Shown here one piece after another: positions 24,017 through 32,000 of a stretch of 32,000 nt of DNA. How positions within the stretch are numbered: position 1 is the stretch's first letter; each line of letters begins with the position of its first letter. The notes under the pieces were generated by a model, which was given only the letters and a program-made list of their open reading frames with translations, did no database searches and was not told where the DNA came from. The translations under genes were made by a program, and so were the position numbers. This stretch comes from Cupriavidus necator (GTDB taxonomy: Bacteria; Pseudomonadota; Gammaproteobacteria; Burkholderiales; Burkholderiaceae), in NCBI RefSeq assembly GCF_016127575.1, contig NZ_CP066018.1:1020001-1052000 (forward strand). Reading direction: 5' to 3'.

Positions 24017-25006
24017 TCAGGACTCTTGCTGGATGCCGGCCAGCAGCCAGCCGCCGGTGCCGCTGGCAGGCTTGGCCAGGTTCCAGACCTCGCCGAACGG
24101 CTGGGCCGCCTCGCCGGACTTCTCGCGGATCATGCCCGAGAAGCGCACGCTGGCGATATGCTGGGCCGCAGCCGACTCGATGCCGAGCAGCTGGGCTTCC
24201 AGCGTGACCACGTCGGTCTTGTTGACCTCGGCGCCGCGGTCGGCCAGGTCCATCTTGATCTCGGCGAACATCTCCGGCGTGGTGAACTCGCGGATGTCGT
24301 CCAGGTTGCCTGCATCCCACGCGGCCTGCAGGCGCACGAAATGAACCTTGGCGTTGCGCAGGAAGGCTTCGGTATCGAAGTCGGCCGGCACGCCCCACGG
24401 CTGCTGGGCCACCGCATCGGCCGCGACCGGGGCTGCCGATGCTGCCGGCAGTACCGTATTGGCGGCCGGGCCTGCCGGGCTACCCGAAGACACAGGCGTC
24501 GGCTCGCCGCGGAACATGGGCTCGGCGCTGCGGCCCAGGTTCGGCGCGTTGCCGGCGCCGGCGTAGGCCGGCTGCTGGGTGCGCTTGCTGCCGCCACGGA
24601 ACTTGCGGATCAGCCAGATCGCAGCGAACGCCACCAGCGCGATCAGGATCAGATTGGACAGGAAGCTCAGCGCCGCCCCGCCCAGACCGAAGTGCGACAG
24701 AAGCCAGCCGATACCCAGGCCGGCGGCGATGCCGCCCAGGATGCCGCCCCAGTTGCGCTTGGGCGCCGCGGCCGCGGCCGCGCCGGCCGCACCGGCCGTT
24801 GCCGGAGCCGCCTGCTGTGCGGGCTGCTGCGCCTGCTGGGTCGGCGAAGTGGGCTGCGGCGCCTGCTGGCGCTGCGTGACCGACTCAGATTGCTTGCCGA
24901 TGCTGCGCGAACCGCCCATGCGCTTGGCATTGGCGTCGAACATTACTCCCAAGGCAATCGCGGTGATCAGCGACCCAACCAGGAATTTCCCACGAAATGA
25001 CGACAT
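24017..25006 (-). CDS. Tim44-like domain membrane protein
   Basis: 329 aa. It has an N-terminal signal or anchor (FLVGSLITAIALGVMF), a Gln/Pro/Ala-rich linker, and hydrophobic segments (WGGILGGIAAGLGIGWLL..., LILIALVAFAAIWLI). The C-terminal roughly 140 aa resemble the Tim44 C-terminal domain (FDTEAFLRNAKVHFVRLQAAWDAGNLDDIREFTTPEMFAEI...WLLAGIQQ). Confidence 0.7.
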   Translation of the reverse strand: MSSFRGKFLVGSLITAIALGVMFDANAKRMGGSRSIGKQSESVTQRQQAPQPTSPTQQAQQPAQQAAPATAGAAGAAAAAAPKRNWGGILGGIAAGLGIGWLLSHFGLGGAALSFLSNLILIALVAFAAIWLIRKFRGGSKRTQQPAYAGAGNAPNLGRSAEPMFRGEPTPVSSGSPAGPAANTVLPAASAAPVAADAVAQQPWGVPADFDTEAFLRNAKVHFVRLQAAWDAGNLDDIREFTTPEMFAEIKMDLADRGAEVNKTDVVTLEAQLLGIESAAAQHIASVRFSGMIREKSGEAAQPFGEVWNLAKPASGTGGWLLAGIQQES

Positions 25007-25069
25007 ATTCTGCTATCCCCTGTCAGTTTCATCCTATATGCGGGCGAGGCATGGCGATTTCAAGTCTTC

Positions 25070-25801
25070 TTAATACTTGCGCCCGACGTGGAGCGCCACC
25101 ACTCCGGCCGTCAGATTGAAGTATTCGACATTTTCCAGGCCGGCATGTTCCATCAAGCGTACAAGTGAAGCCTGGTCTGGATGCATTCTGATCGATTCCG
25201 CGAGATAGCGATAGCTGGGGGCATCCCCTGCCACCCGCTCACCCAGCCACGGCAGCACCTTGAAAGAATAGACGTCGTAGGCCTTCTCCAGGGGTTTCCA
25301 CACCTTGGAGAACTCCAGCACCATGACCTTGCCGCCCGGCTTGACCACGCGGCGCATCTCGGCCAGCGCGGCATCCTTGTGCGTCATGTTGCGCAGGCCG
25401 AAGGCCACGGTCACCAGGTCGAAGTGGTTGTCCGGGAACGGAATGCGCTCGGCGTCGCACAGGCACACCGGGGTGACGATACCCTTGTTCAGCAGCCGGT
25501 CGCGGCCCACGCGCAGCATCGACTCGTTGATGTCGGTCAGCCAGACCTCTCCGGTCGGGCCGGCCTGCTTCGCGAACGCCTTGGCCAGGTCACCGGTGCC
25601 GCCGGCGATGTCCAGCACCTTGTGGCCGGGGCGCACGCCAGCCTGGGCGATGGTGAACATCTTCCAGAGCCGGTGCATGCCGCCCGACATCAGGTCGTTC
25701 ATCACGTCGTACTTGCTCGCCACCGAATGGAACACGCCGGCAACCTTGTCGGCCTTTTCCGCTTCGTCGACCTTTTCAAACCCGAAGTGGGTTTCACTCA
25801 T
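25070..25801 (-). CDS. ubiE: Ubiquinone/menaquinone C-methyltransferase UbiE
   Basis: 243 aa from ATG 25801, with GGAG upstream. THFGFEKV...[29 protein letters not shown] and [12 protein letters not shown] are canonical UbiE/MenG sequence. Confidence 0.95.
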   Translation of the reverse strand: MSETHFGFEKVDEAEKADKVAGVFHSVASKYDVMNDLMSGGMHRLWKMFTIAQAGVRPGHKVLDIAGGTGDLAKAFAKQAGPTGEVWLTDINESMLRVGRDRLLNKGIVTPVCLCDAERIPFPDNHFDLVTVAFGLRNMTHKDAALAEMRRVVKPGGKVMVLEFSKVWKPLEKAYDVYSFKVLPWLGERVAGDAPSYRYLAESIRMHPDQASLVRLMEHAGLENVEYFNLTAGVVALHVGRKY

Positions 25802-25835
25802 CTTTCAGACTCCAGGGTAATCGGTTCGGCGCGGC

Positions 25836-26258
25836 TCAGTGATGGCCGCAGCCGTGGCCGCCGGCAGCGCCGGCGGCGGGCATCGGGGTGTCGCGGTCGG
25901 CGCCGGCGGCTTCCAGGCGCTGCAGGTAGTCCTGCCAGAGCGCGTCCTGGTTGTCGCCGAGGCGGTACAGCAGGTCCCAGGAATAGATGCCGGTATCGTG
26001 GCCGTCGGTAAAGCGGATCTGGATCGCGTAGTTGCCGACCGGCTCGACCGCGTTGACGCCCACCTCGCGCTTGCCGGTCTGCAGCACTTCCTGCCCCGGG
26101 CCGTGGCCCTGGACTTCAGCGGACGGCGAATACACGCGCAGCAGCTCGAACGGCAGCCGGAAGCTGCGGCCGTTGTCGAAGCCGATCTCCAGCACGCGGG
26201 ATTGCGTATGGACGGTCAGCGCGGTGGGATGAGGGGTGTCTTTTTCCAGGCCTGCCAT
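25836..26258 (-). CDS. DUF971 (gamma-butyrobetaine-hydroxylase N-terminal-like) small protein
   Basis: 140 aa. LEIGFDNGRSFRLPFELLRVYSPSAEV...VGNYAIQIRFTDGHDTGIYSWDLLYRLG matches the DUF971 pattern. The C-terminal tail ends in GHGCGHH. It ends 34 nt upstream of ubiE. Confidence 0.75.
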   Translation of the reverse strand: MAGLEKDTPHPTALTVHTQSRVLEIGFDNGRSFRLPFELLRVYSPSAEVQGHGPGQEVLQTGKREVGVNAVEPVGNYAIQIRFTDGHDTGIYSWDLLYRLGDNQDALWQDYLQRLEAAGADRDTPMPAAGAAGGHGCGHH

Positions 26259-26330
26259 GATGATCGCGGCCCGGTTAGGGTCGCTCCTGAGGGGGTGATT
26301 GCCGCGCGATGCTGCCGGTACGGCACGGCA

Positions 26331-28196
26331 TCACGCTTCGCATACGACCCGATAGCTTACCCCAGGCTCGCCGGCTTGCGCAGCCCGGGCCGCTTCCCCG
26401 TCCTGCGGCACGTAACGCAGGCGCCGTTGATGATAGGCCGCCACGGTGCTGCGGTGGGCAATACTGATGATGGCCGCCTGCGGCAGCGACTCCACCATCA
26501 GCCGGTACATGGCGCCTTCGGTTTCCTCGTCCAGCGCGCTGGTGGCTTCGTCCAGGAACAGGTAGTCCGGCTTCTGCAGCAGCGCGCGCGCGAAGGCCAG
26601 ACGCTGCTGCTCGCCCGGCGAAAGCCGCAGCGCCCAGTTGTCGAACACGTCGAGCTGGTCCGCCAGCGCCGCCAGCCGCGCCTGGCGCAGCGCCGCCTGC
26701 AGCGCTTCCGCGCTATGCACGGTGCCGGCGTCCGGGTAAGCCAGCGCATCGGCCAGCGTGCCGATCGGCAGGTAGCTGCGCTGCGGCAGGAACAGCATGC
26801 GCGCGCCGTCGGGCATGGTCACGGTGCCGCTGCCGTACGGCCAGATCCCCGCCAGCGCGCGGAACAGCACGCTCTTGCCGCAGCCGGACGGGCCGCTGAC
26901 CAGCCAGCGCTCGCCCGGCGCGACCGACAGCGAGAACGGCGCCACCAGCGGCCGTTGGCCCACGGCCGCGCTGCGCGCGGCGCGTACCGGCAGTGCCAGC
27001 GCCAGGCCGTCGATGGTGATGCCATTCTGCGGCTTGCCGGTATGTTCCACCTCGATATCGCGCACGCCGCCCGGCGCCAAGTCCTGGCGCTCGGCCACGC
27101 GGATCGCTTCCTGGAAATCGATCAGGCGGTTGGCGGCCGCCTTCCAGCCCACCAGCGTGGCGTAGCTGTCGACAAACCACGACAGCGCGCCCTGTACCTG
27201 GCCGAAGGCGGAGCTGGTCTGCATCAGGCCGCCGAGCGTCATCTTGCCGGCGAAGTAGCGCGGCGCCGCCACCAGGATCGGGAAGATGATGGCGAACTGC
27301 GCATAGCCGGAGCTGACAAAGGTCAGCCGCCGCGTATAGCGCATCAGCTGGTTCCAGTTGGCGCGGATGCGGTCGAAGCGCGCGCGCAGGCCGGCCTGCT
27401 CGGTGGGCTCGCCGCGGTACAGCGCCACCGGCTCGCTGTTCTCGCGCAGGCGCACCAGCGTGAAACGGAAATCCGCCTCATACTGCTCCTGCTGGAAGTT
27501 CAGGCCGATCAGCGGGCGGCCGACCACGTGCGCCACCAGCGAGCCGATCACCGCATAGCCCGCCGCGAACCACACCATATAGCCGGGGATGGTCCACTCG
27601 GTGCCGCCCAGCGCAAAGCTGATCGGCCCCGATACCGTCCACAGGATGCCGACGAAGGACAGCAGCGTCACCACCGAGTTGAGCAGCCCGAGCGACAACG
27701 ACAGCGCGCCGTCCGTGAACAGGCGCAAATCGTCGGCGATACGCTGGTCGGGGTTATCGGTGGTGTGGGTCTGCTCGATGCGGTAATAGGCCTGGTGCCC
27801 GAGCCAGTGGCCCATGAAGCGGCCGGTCATCCAGGTACGCCAGCGCATCTGCAGCATCATGGTGTAGTACTGGCGCGAGATCGCCGCCACGATGAAGAAC
27901 GCCGCGATCCACGAGAAGCGCAGCAGCAGCACCTTGAACGAGGCGTAGTCGCGCTGCTCCAGCGCGTTGTAGAACACGCGGTTCCACTCGTTGAGCAGCA
28001 CGTTGATATAGACGATGCCGAGGTTGAGCACCACCACCAGCGCCAGCAGGCCAAGCCCGGCGAGGCGGTCCTCGGATTTCCAGTAAGGCTTGATCAGCGC
28101 CCACGTGGCAGCCATGCGCAGCCGGCTCTGGATCTTGAGGGCCCTGGCAGGGACGGCAGGGCCCGGTACGGTGACTGAGGTCGGAGTGGAGGACAT
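26331..28196 (-). CDS. Fused permease/ATPase ABC transporter, SbmA/BacA-like (YddA / ABCD-like) family
   Basis: 621 aa. The N-terminal TM domain is of the SbmA_BacA type (WKSEDRLAGLGLLALVVVLNLGIVYINVLLNEWNRVFYNALE). Walker A GPSGCGKSV, signature LSPGEQQR, Walker B YLFLDEATSALD. Confidence 0.85.
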   Translation of the reverse strand: MSSTPTSVTVPGPAVPARALKIQSRLRMAATWALIKPYWKSEDRLAGLGLLALVVVLNLGIVYINVLLNEWNRVFYNALEQRDYASFKVLLLRFSWIAAFFIVAAISRQYYTMMLQMRWRTWMTGRFMGHWLGHQAYYRIEQTHTTDNPDQRIADDLRLFTDGALSLSLGLLNSVVTLLSFVGILWTVSGPISFALGGTEWTIPGYMVWFAAGYAVIGSLVAHVVGRPLIGLNFQQEQYEADFRFTLVRLRENSEPVALYRGEPTEQAGLRARFDRIRANWNQLMRYTRRLTFVSSGYAQFAIIFPILVAAPRYFAGKMTLGGLMQTSSAFGQVQGALSWFVDSYATLVGWKAAANRLIDFQEAIRVAERQDLAPGGVRDIEVEHTGKPQNGITIDGLALALPVRAARSAAVGQRPLVAPFSLSVAPGERWLVSGPSGCGKSVLFRALAGIWPYGSGTVTMPDGARMLFLPQRSYLPIGTLADALAYPDAGTVHSAEALQAALRQARLAALADQLDVFDNWALRLSPGEQQRLAFARALLQKPDYLFLDEATSALDEETEGAMYRLMVESLPQAAIISIAHRSTVAAYHQRRLRYVPQDGEAARAAQAGEPGVSYRVVCEA

Positions 28197-28319
28197 AGCG
28201 GCAGTGCTTGGCCCGTCAGCGGATGCCGGCCGGGCTTGTTGTTCTGGATACCGTGGCGGCAGGCCACGGCGGCAACAGCATTCAGACGGTCACGGCCAGG
28301 CGTGGGTTCCGCGCGCCCC

Positions 28320-28757
28320 TCAGGCGTCGCCGGCTTCGAGCAGCGAAAGCGCCGTACGCAGCGCCGGCAACCGGCTGGCCAGCTCCTGCACGCGCACGGC
28401 ATCCGCCGCGCGCTGCGGCGCGGCCCAGATTGCCTCGGGGAAATGGGTGTCCCAGCGGTAGCGCGGGATGATATGCCAGTGCAGGTGCGGCACCATGTTG
28501 CCAAAGGCCGCCAGGTTGACCTTGTCCGGCGCCATGACCTCGCGCACCACCCGTTCGACACGTGCGACCAGCCGCATCAGCCAGGCCTGGTCGGCATCCT
28601 CCAGGTCGCTCAGCTCGGCCACGTGATCGTTCCAGACGATGCGGCAGAAGCCCGGGAAACGGTCATGCTCGACCAGGATCAGCCGGGCGCGGTCGCCCAT
28701 CCAGACCAGTTCGCCGCCGTCGGTCTCGCACAAGGGGCAGTTGGGTACGCGTGCCAT
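28320..28757 (-). CDS. HIT-family (histidine triad) nucleotide hydrolase/transferase
   Basis: 145 aa. Histidine triad HLHWHIIPR and an N-terminal CPLC. The ATG lies 9 nt after the stop of the upstream oxidoreductase gene. Confidence 0.85.
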   Translation of the reverse strand: MARVPNCPLCETDGGELVWMGDRARLILVEHDRFPGFCRIVWNDHVAELSDLEDADQAWLMRLVARVERVVREVMAPDKVNLAAFGNMVPHLHWHIIPRYRWDTHFPEAIWAAPQRAADAVRVQELASRLPALRTALSLLEAGDA

Positions 28758-28766
28758 CGTCGAGAT

Positions 28767-31700
28767 TTAAACCAGCACCCGCTCGATACCGCCGGCGTTC
28801 GCCTTCGCGACGTACTCCGGCATCCAGTTTTCCCCAAGCAGATGCTTCGCCATCTCGATCACGATGTAATCCGCCTGCACCGTGGCATCTTCCTTGTAGC
28901 GCGACAGCCCCTGCAGGCACGACGGGCAGCTGGTCAGGATCTTGACGTCGCCGGTGAAGCCGTCGGCGCGCAGCTTGTCGGCGCCCTTGGTCATTTCCTC
29001 TTCCTTGCGGAAGCGGACCTGCGTCGAGATATCCGGACGCGTCACCGCCAGCGTGCCCGACTCGCCGCAGCAGCGCTCGTTCTTCTCGATCTTGCCCAGG
29101 CCGGTGTTGCCGCCCATCAGGTCGTTGACCAGCTTGGTCGGGTCCATGGTCTTGATCGGGGTGTGGCAGGGATCGTGGTACATGTAGCGGGTACCGGTCA
29201 CGCCTTCCAGCTTCACGCCCTTCTCGAGCAGGTATTCATGGATGTCGATGATGCGGCAGCCCGGGAAGATCTTGTCGAATTCATAGCCGGCGAGCTGGTC
29301 GTAGCAGGTGCCGCAGCTGACCACCACGGTCTTGATATCGAGGTAGTTCAGCGTATTGGCGACGCGGTGGAACAGCACGCGGTTGTCGGTGACGATCTTC
29401 TCGGCCTTGTCATACTGGCCGTTGCCGCGCTGCGGATAGCCGCAGCACAGGTAGCCCGGCGGCAGCACGGTCTGCACGCCCACGTGCCACAGCATCGCCT
29501 GCGTGGCCAGGCCCACCTGCGAGAACAGCCGCTCCGAGCCGCAGCCGGGGAAGTAGAACACCGCTTCCGTTTCCGGCGTGGTCGCCTTCGGGTCGCGGAT
29601 GATCGGCACGATCTCGTTGTCCTCGATGTCGAGCAGCGCGCGCGCGGTCTTCTTGGGCAGGTTGCCCGGCATCTTCTTGTTGATGAAGTGGATCACCTGC
29701 TCGCGCACCGGCGCCTTGCCCACGGTCGCGGGCGGATGCGCGGTCTGCTTCTTGGCGAATTTCTTCAGCACGTCATTGCCGAGGCGCTGCGCCTTGTAGC
29801 CCCAGTCGATCATGACCTTGCGGGTCAGGTTGATGGTCTCGGGGTTGGTGGCGTTGAGGAAGAACATCGACGCCGCGGTGCCGGGGTTGAACTTCTTCTG
29901 CCCCATCTTGCGCAGCAGGTTGCGCATGTTCATCGACACGTCGCCGAAGTCGATCTTGACCGGGCACGGCGTCACGCACTTGTGGCACACGGTGCAGTGG
30001 TCGGCCACGTCCGAGAACTCGTCCCAGTGCTTGACCGAGATGCCGCGGCGGGTCTGCTCTTCGTACAGGAAGGCCTCGACCAGCAGCGAGGTCGCCAGGA
30101 TCTTGTTGCGCGGGCTGTACAGCAGGTTGGCGCGCGGCACGTGCGTGGCGCACACCGGCTTGCACTTGCCGCAGCGCAGGCAGTCCTTGACGCTCTCGGC
30201 AATCGCGCCGATATCGCTCTGCTGCATGATGATCGACTCATGCCCCATCAGGCCGAACGACGGCGTGTAGGCATTGCGCAGGTCGGCGCCGGGCAGCAGC
30301 TTGCCCTTGTTGAAGCGCCCTTGCGGATCGACCTTCAGCTTGTAGGCGCGGAAGTCGCCGATCTCTTCCTCGGTCAGGAATTCCAGCTTGGTGATGCCGA
30401 TGCCGTGCTCGCCCGAGATCACGCCGTCGAGCGACCGCGCCAGGTCCATGATACGGGCCACCGCGCGATGCGCGTCCTGCAGCATGTCGTAGTCGTCGGA
30501 GTTGACCGGGATATTGGTGTGCACGTTGCCGTCGCCGGCGTGCATGTGCAGCGCCACGAAGACGCGGCCGCGCAGCACCTGCTTGTGGATCTTCTGGGCT
30601 TCGTCCAGGATCGGCTTGAACTCGCCGCCGTTGAAGATCTTGCGCAATTCGGCGCGGATCTCCGCCTTCCAGGACACGCGGATGGTGCGGTCCTGCAGCA
30701 GGTGGAACACGGTGGCATCAGGCTGATGCTGCAGGCGCGCATCGAACTCCTGCCCCAGCAGTCCCAGCCCGTGCCCGATCAGCGAGGCCTTGGCCTGCGT
30801 CAGCGGCACGTCCATGTGGTCCTGCAGGTAACGCCAGCGCGCGCGGATCTCACGCAGCAGCGTCAGCGCGTGCTGCACGCGGTCTTCCAGCAGCTCGGCG
30901 CTGGGGATCTCGTTGGCGTCGTCGCTGCGGCCCAGCGGCAGGTTGCCGCGCGCGAAGAACGCTTCGAGCGTGTCGACCAGCTTGAGCTTGCTCTTGATCG
31001 ACAGCTCGATATTGATGCGCTCGATGCCGTCGGTGTACTCGCCCATCCGGTTCAGCGGGATCACCACGTCTTCGTTGATCTTGAAGGCGTTGGTGTGCTT
31101 GGCGATGGCGGCGGTACGCGAACGGTCCAGCCAGAACTTCTTGCGCGCCTCGGGGCTGACGGCGATAAAGCCTTCGCCGCTCTTGCCGTTGGCCATGCGG
31201 ATCACTTCCGAGGTGGCGCGCGCCACGGCGTCTTCATCGTCGCCGACGATATCGCCGATCAGCACCATCTTCGGGAAGGCGTTGCGCTTGCTCTTGGTGG
31301 CGTAGCCGACCGCGCGCAGGTAGCGCTCGTCCAGGTGCTCCAGGCCGGCCAGGATGGCGCCGCCGGGCTTCTTGGTCTCGGCGTCGAGGAAGTCCTTGAT
31401 CTCGACGATGCTGGGGATCGCGTCGCGCGCCTGGCCGAAGAACTCCAGGCAGACCGTGCGGATGAATTTCGGCATGCGGTGCAGGATCCAGCGCGCGCTG
31501 GTGATGATGCCGTCGCAGCCTTCCTTCTGCACGCCGGGCAGGCCGGCCAGGAACTTGTCGGTGACGTCCTTGCCCAGGCCTTCCTTGCGGAACTTGCGGC
31601 CCTCGATGGCCAGCGTCTCGGTGCGCAGCACCTTCTCGCCCGGGGCGCGGTTGCCGTCCGACCATTTCAGTTCGAAGGTGGCCACCGGCACGTCGTGGAT

Positions 31701-32000
31701 CTTGCCCAGGTTGTGGTCCAGCCGGGTGATCTCCAGCCAGTTGCCTTCCGGATCCACCATGCGCCACCAGGCCAGGTTGTCCAGCGCGGTGCCCCACAGC
31801 ACGGCCTTCTTGCCGCCCGCGTTCATGGCCACGTTGCCGCCGATGCACGAGGCATCGATCGAGGTCGGGTCGACCGCGAACACCAGGCCTGCCTTGTCGG
31901 CAGCGTCGGCCACGCGGCGCGTCACCACGCCGGCGCCGGAGAAGATGGTCGCGACCTTGTGCGACACGCCCGGCAGGTCGGTTTGCTCCACCGGCCCGAG
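28767..32000 (-). CDS. Giant FAD-linked oxidase fused to an Fe-S / CCG-domain oxidoreductase (GlcD+GlpC/GlcF-like, YdiJ-like). The N-terminus lies outside the window.
   Basis: The frame stays open to the right edge (1074 aa from the track's GTG 31991, plus three more in-frame codons). FAD-binding motif [14 protein letters not shown]. Two ferredoxin-type clusters, [11 protein letters not shown] and [12 protein letters not shown]. The C-terminal region is Cys-rich and CCG-like ([18 protein letters not shown]). Confidence 0.85.
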   Translation of the reverse strand, partial: LGPVEQTDLPGVSHKVATIFSGAGVVTRRVADAADKAGLVFAVDPTSIDASCIGGNVAMNAGGKKAVLWGTALDNLAWWRMVDPEGNWLEITRLDHNLGKIHDVPVATFELKWSDGNRAPGEKVLRTETLAIEGRKFRKEGLGKDVTDKFLAGLPGVQKEGCDGIITSARWILHRMPKFIRTVCLEFFGQARDAIPSIVEIKDFLDAETKKPGGAILAGLEHLDERYLRAVGYATKSKRNAFPKMVLIGDIVGDDEDAVARATSEVIRMANGKSGEGFIAVSPEARKKFWLDRSRTAAIAKHTNAFKINEDVVIPLNRMGEYTDGIERINIELSIKSKLKLVDTLEAFFARGNLPLGRSDDANEIPSAELLEDRVQHALTLLREIRARWRYLQDHMDVPLTQAKASLIGHGLGLLGQEFDARLQHQPDATVFHLLQDRTIRVSWKAEIRAELRKIFNGGEFKPILDEAQKIHKQVLRGRVFVALHMHAGDGNVHTNIPVNSDDYDMLQDAHRAVARIMDLARSLDGVISGEHGIGITKLEFLTEEEIGDFRAYKLKVDPQGRFNKGKLLPGADLRNAYTPSFGLMGHESIIMQQSDIGAIAESVKDCLRCGKCKPVCATHVPRANLLYSPRNKILATSLLVEAFLYEEQTRRGISVKHWDEFSDVADHCTVCHKCVTPCPVKIDFGDVSMNMRNLLRKMGQKKFNPGTAASMFFLNATNPETINLTRKVMIDWGYKAQRLGNDVLKKFAKKQTAHPPATVGKAPVREQVIHFINKKMPGNLPKKTARALLDIEDNEIVPIIRDPKATTPETEAVFYFPGCGSERLFSQVGLATQAMLWHVGVQTVLPPGYLCCGYPQRGNGQYDKAEKIVTDNRVLFHRVANTLNYLDIKTVVVSCGTCYDQLAGYEFDKIFPGCRIIDIHEYLLEKGVKLEGVTGTRYMYHDPCHTPIKTMDPTKLVNDLMGGNTGLGKIEKNERCCGESGTLAVTRPDISTQVRFRKEEEMTKGADKLRADGFTGDVKILTSCPSCLQGLSRYKEDATVQADYIVIEMAKHLLGENWMPEYVAKANAGGIERVLV

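Noticed and set aside
24680-24900. Repetitive GC-rich DNA (GCCGCC/GCTGCT runs) here, and similarly at 18665-18800, that could look like tandem repeats or a CRISPR-like periodicity.
   Set aside because: These are coding low-complexity linkers: Gln/Pro/Ala-rich in the Tim44-like protein and Ala/Gly/Ser-rich in the FmdB protein. There is no regular repeat-spacer structure.
1-32000. tRNA, rRNA, tmRNA, RNase P, SRP RNA, IS elements, integrases, toxin-antitoxin pairs, and defence or secretion systems.
   Set aside because: All intergenic regions are 310 nt or shorter and were read individually. None shows cloverleaf or T-loop features, or terminal inverted repeats. Every ORF of convincing coding quality is assigned above, and none belongs to mobile or defence families.

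Overview
This is a GC-rich window (about two-thirds G+C by eye, not computed). It looks like core chromosome of a Burkholderiales bacterium. The gene content and order match what I remember of Cupriavidus/Ralstonia chromosome 1, but that is memory, not a search. I call 27 protein-coding genes, 25 of them on the minus strand with short gaps.

Gene order from left to right:
- A truncated Tat-exported ABC substrate-binding protein, an ATM1/AtmA-type ABC exporter, and a divergent YciA-like acyl-CoA thioesterase.
- A six-gene fatty-acid beta-oxidation operon on the minus strand: tetR, acyl-CoA dehydrogenase, an 807-aa FadB' with dehydrogenase-then-hydratase domain order, thiolase, DegV, and enoyl-CoA hydratase.
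- A ClsB-type cardiolipin synthase, mobB (plus strand), a YbhP-like EEP phosphoesterase, and nudB.
- An orphan membrane coiled-coil protein, aspS, a DUF502 protein and an FmdB zinc-ribbon protein.
- A sodium:solute symporter and a TPMT-like methyltransferase.
- A ubiquinone cluster: ubiB, ubiJ, a Tim44-like protein, ubiE and a DUF971 protein.
- An SbmA/BacA-type ABC transporter, a HIT protein, and the C-terminal 1074+ aa of a giant FAD/Fe-S oxidoreductase that runs off the right edge.

I found no rRNA, tRNA, CRISPR array, IS element, integrase, or compositionally foreign island. I did not find an obvious accessory or defence-type novel system.

The best candidates for undescribed biology are conserved modules of unknown function sitting inside housekeeping operons:
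- DegV inside the beta-oxidation operon.
- The Tim44-like protein, and also DUF971 and the TPMT-like gene, inside or next to the ubi cluster.
- FmdB-DUF502 overlapping each other and feeding into aspS through a strong hairpin.
- The orphan gene between aspS and nudB.
- mobB wedged antisense into a ybhP-clsB-like pair.
- The FAD/Fe-S oxidoreductase, HIT and SbmA-like ABC trio.

Several rho-independent terminators, one good sigma70 promoter with a candidate operator, and several strong intercistronic palindromes are visible directly. All family assignments come from reading motifs by eye. Nothing was searched or computed.
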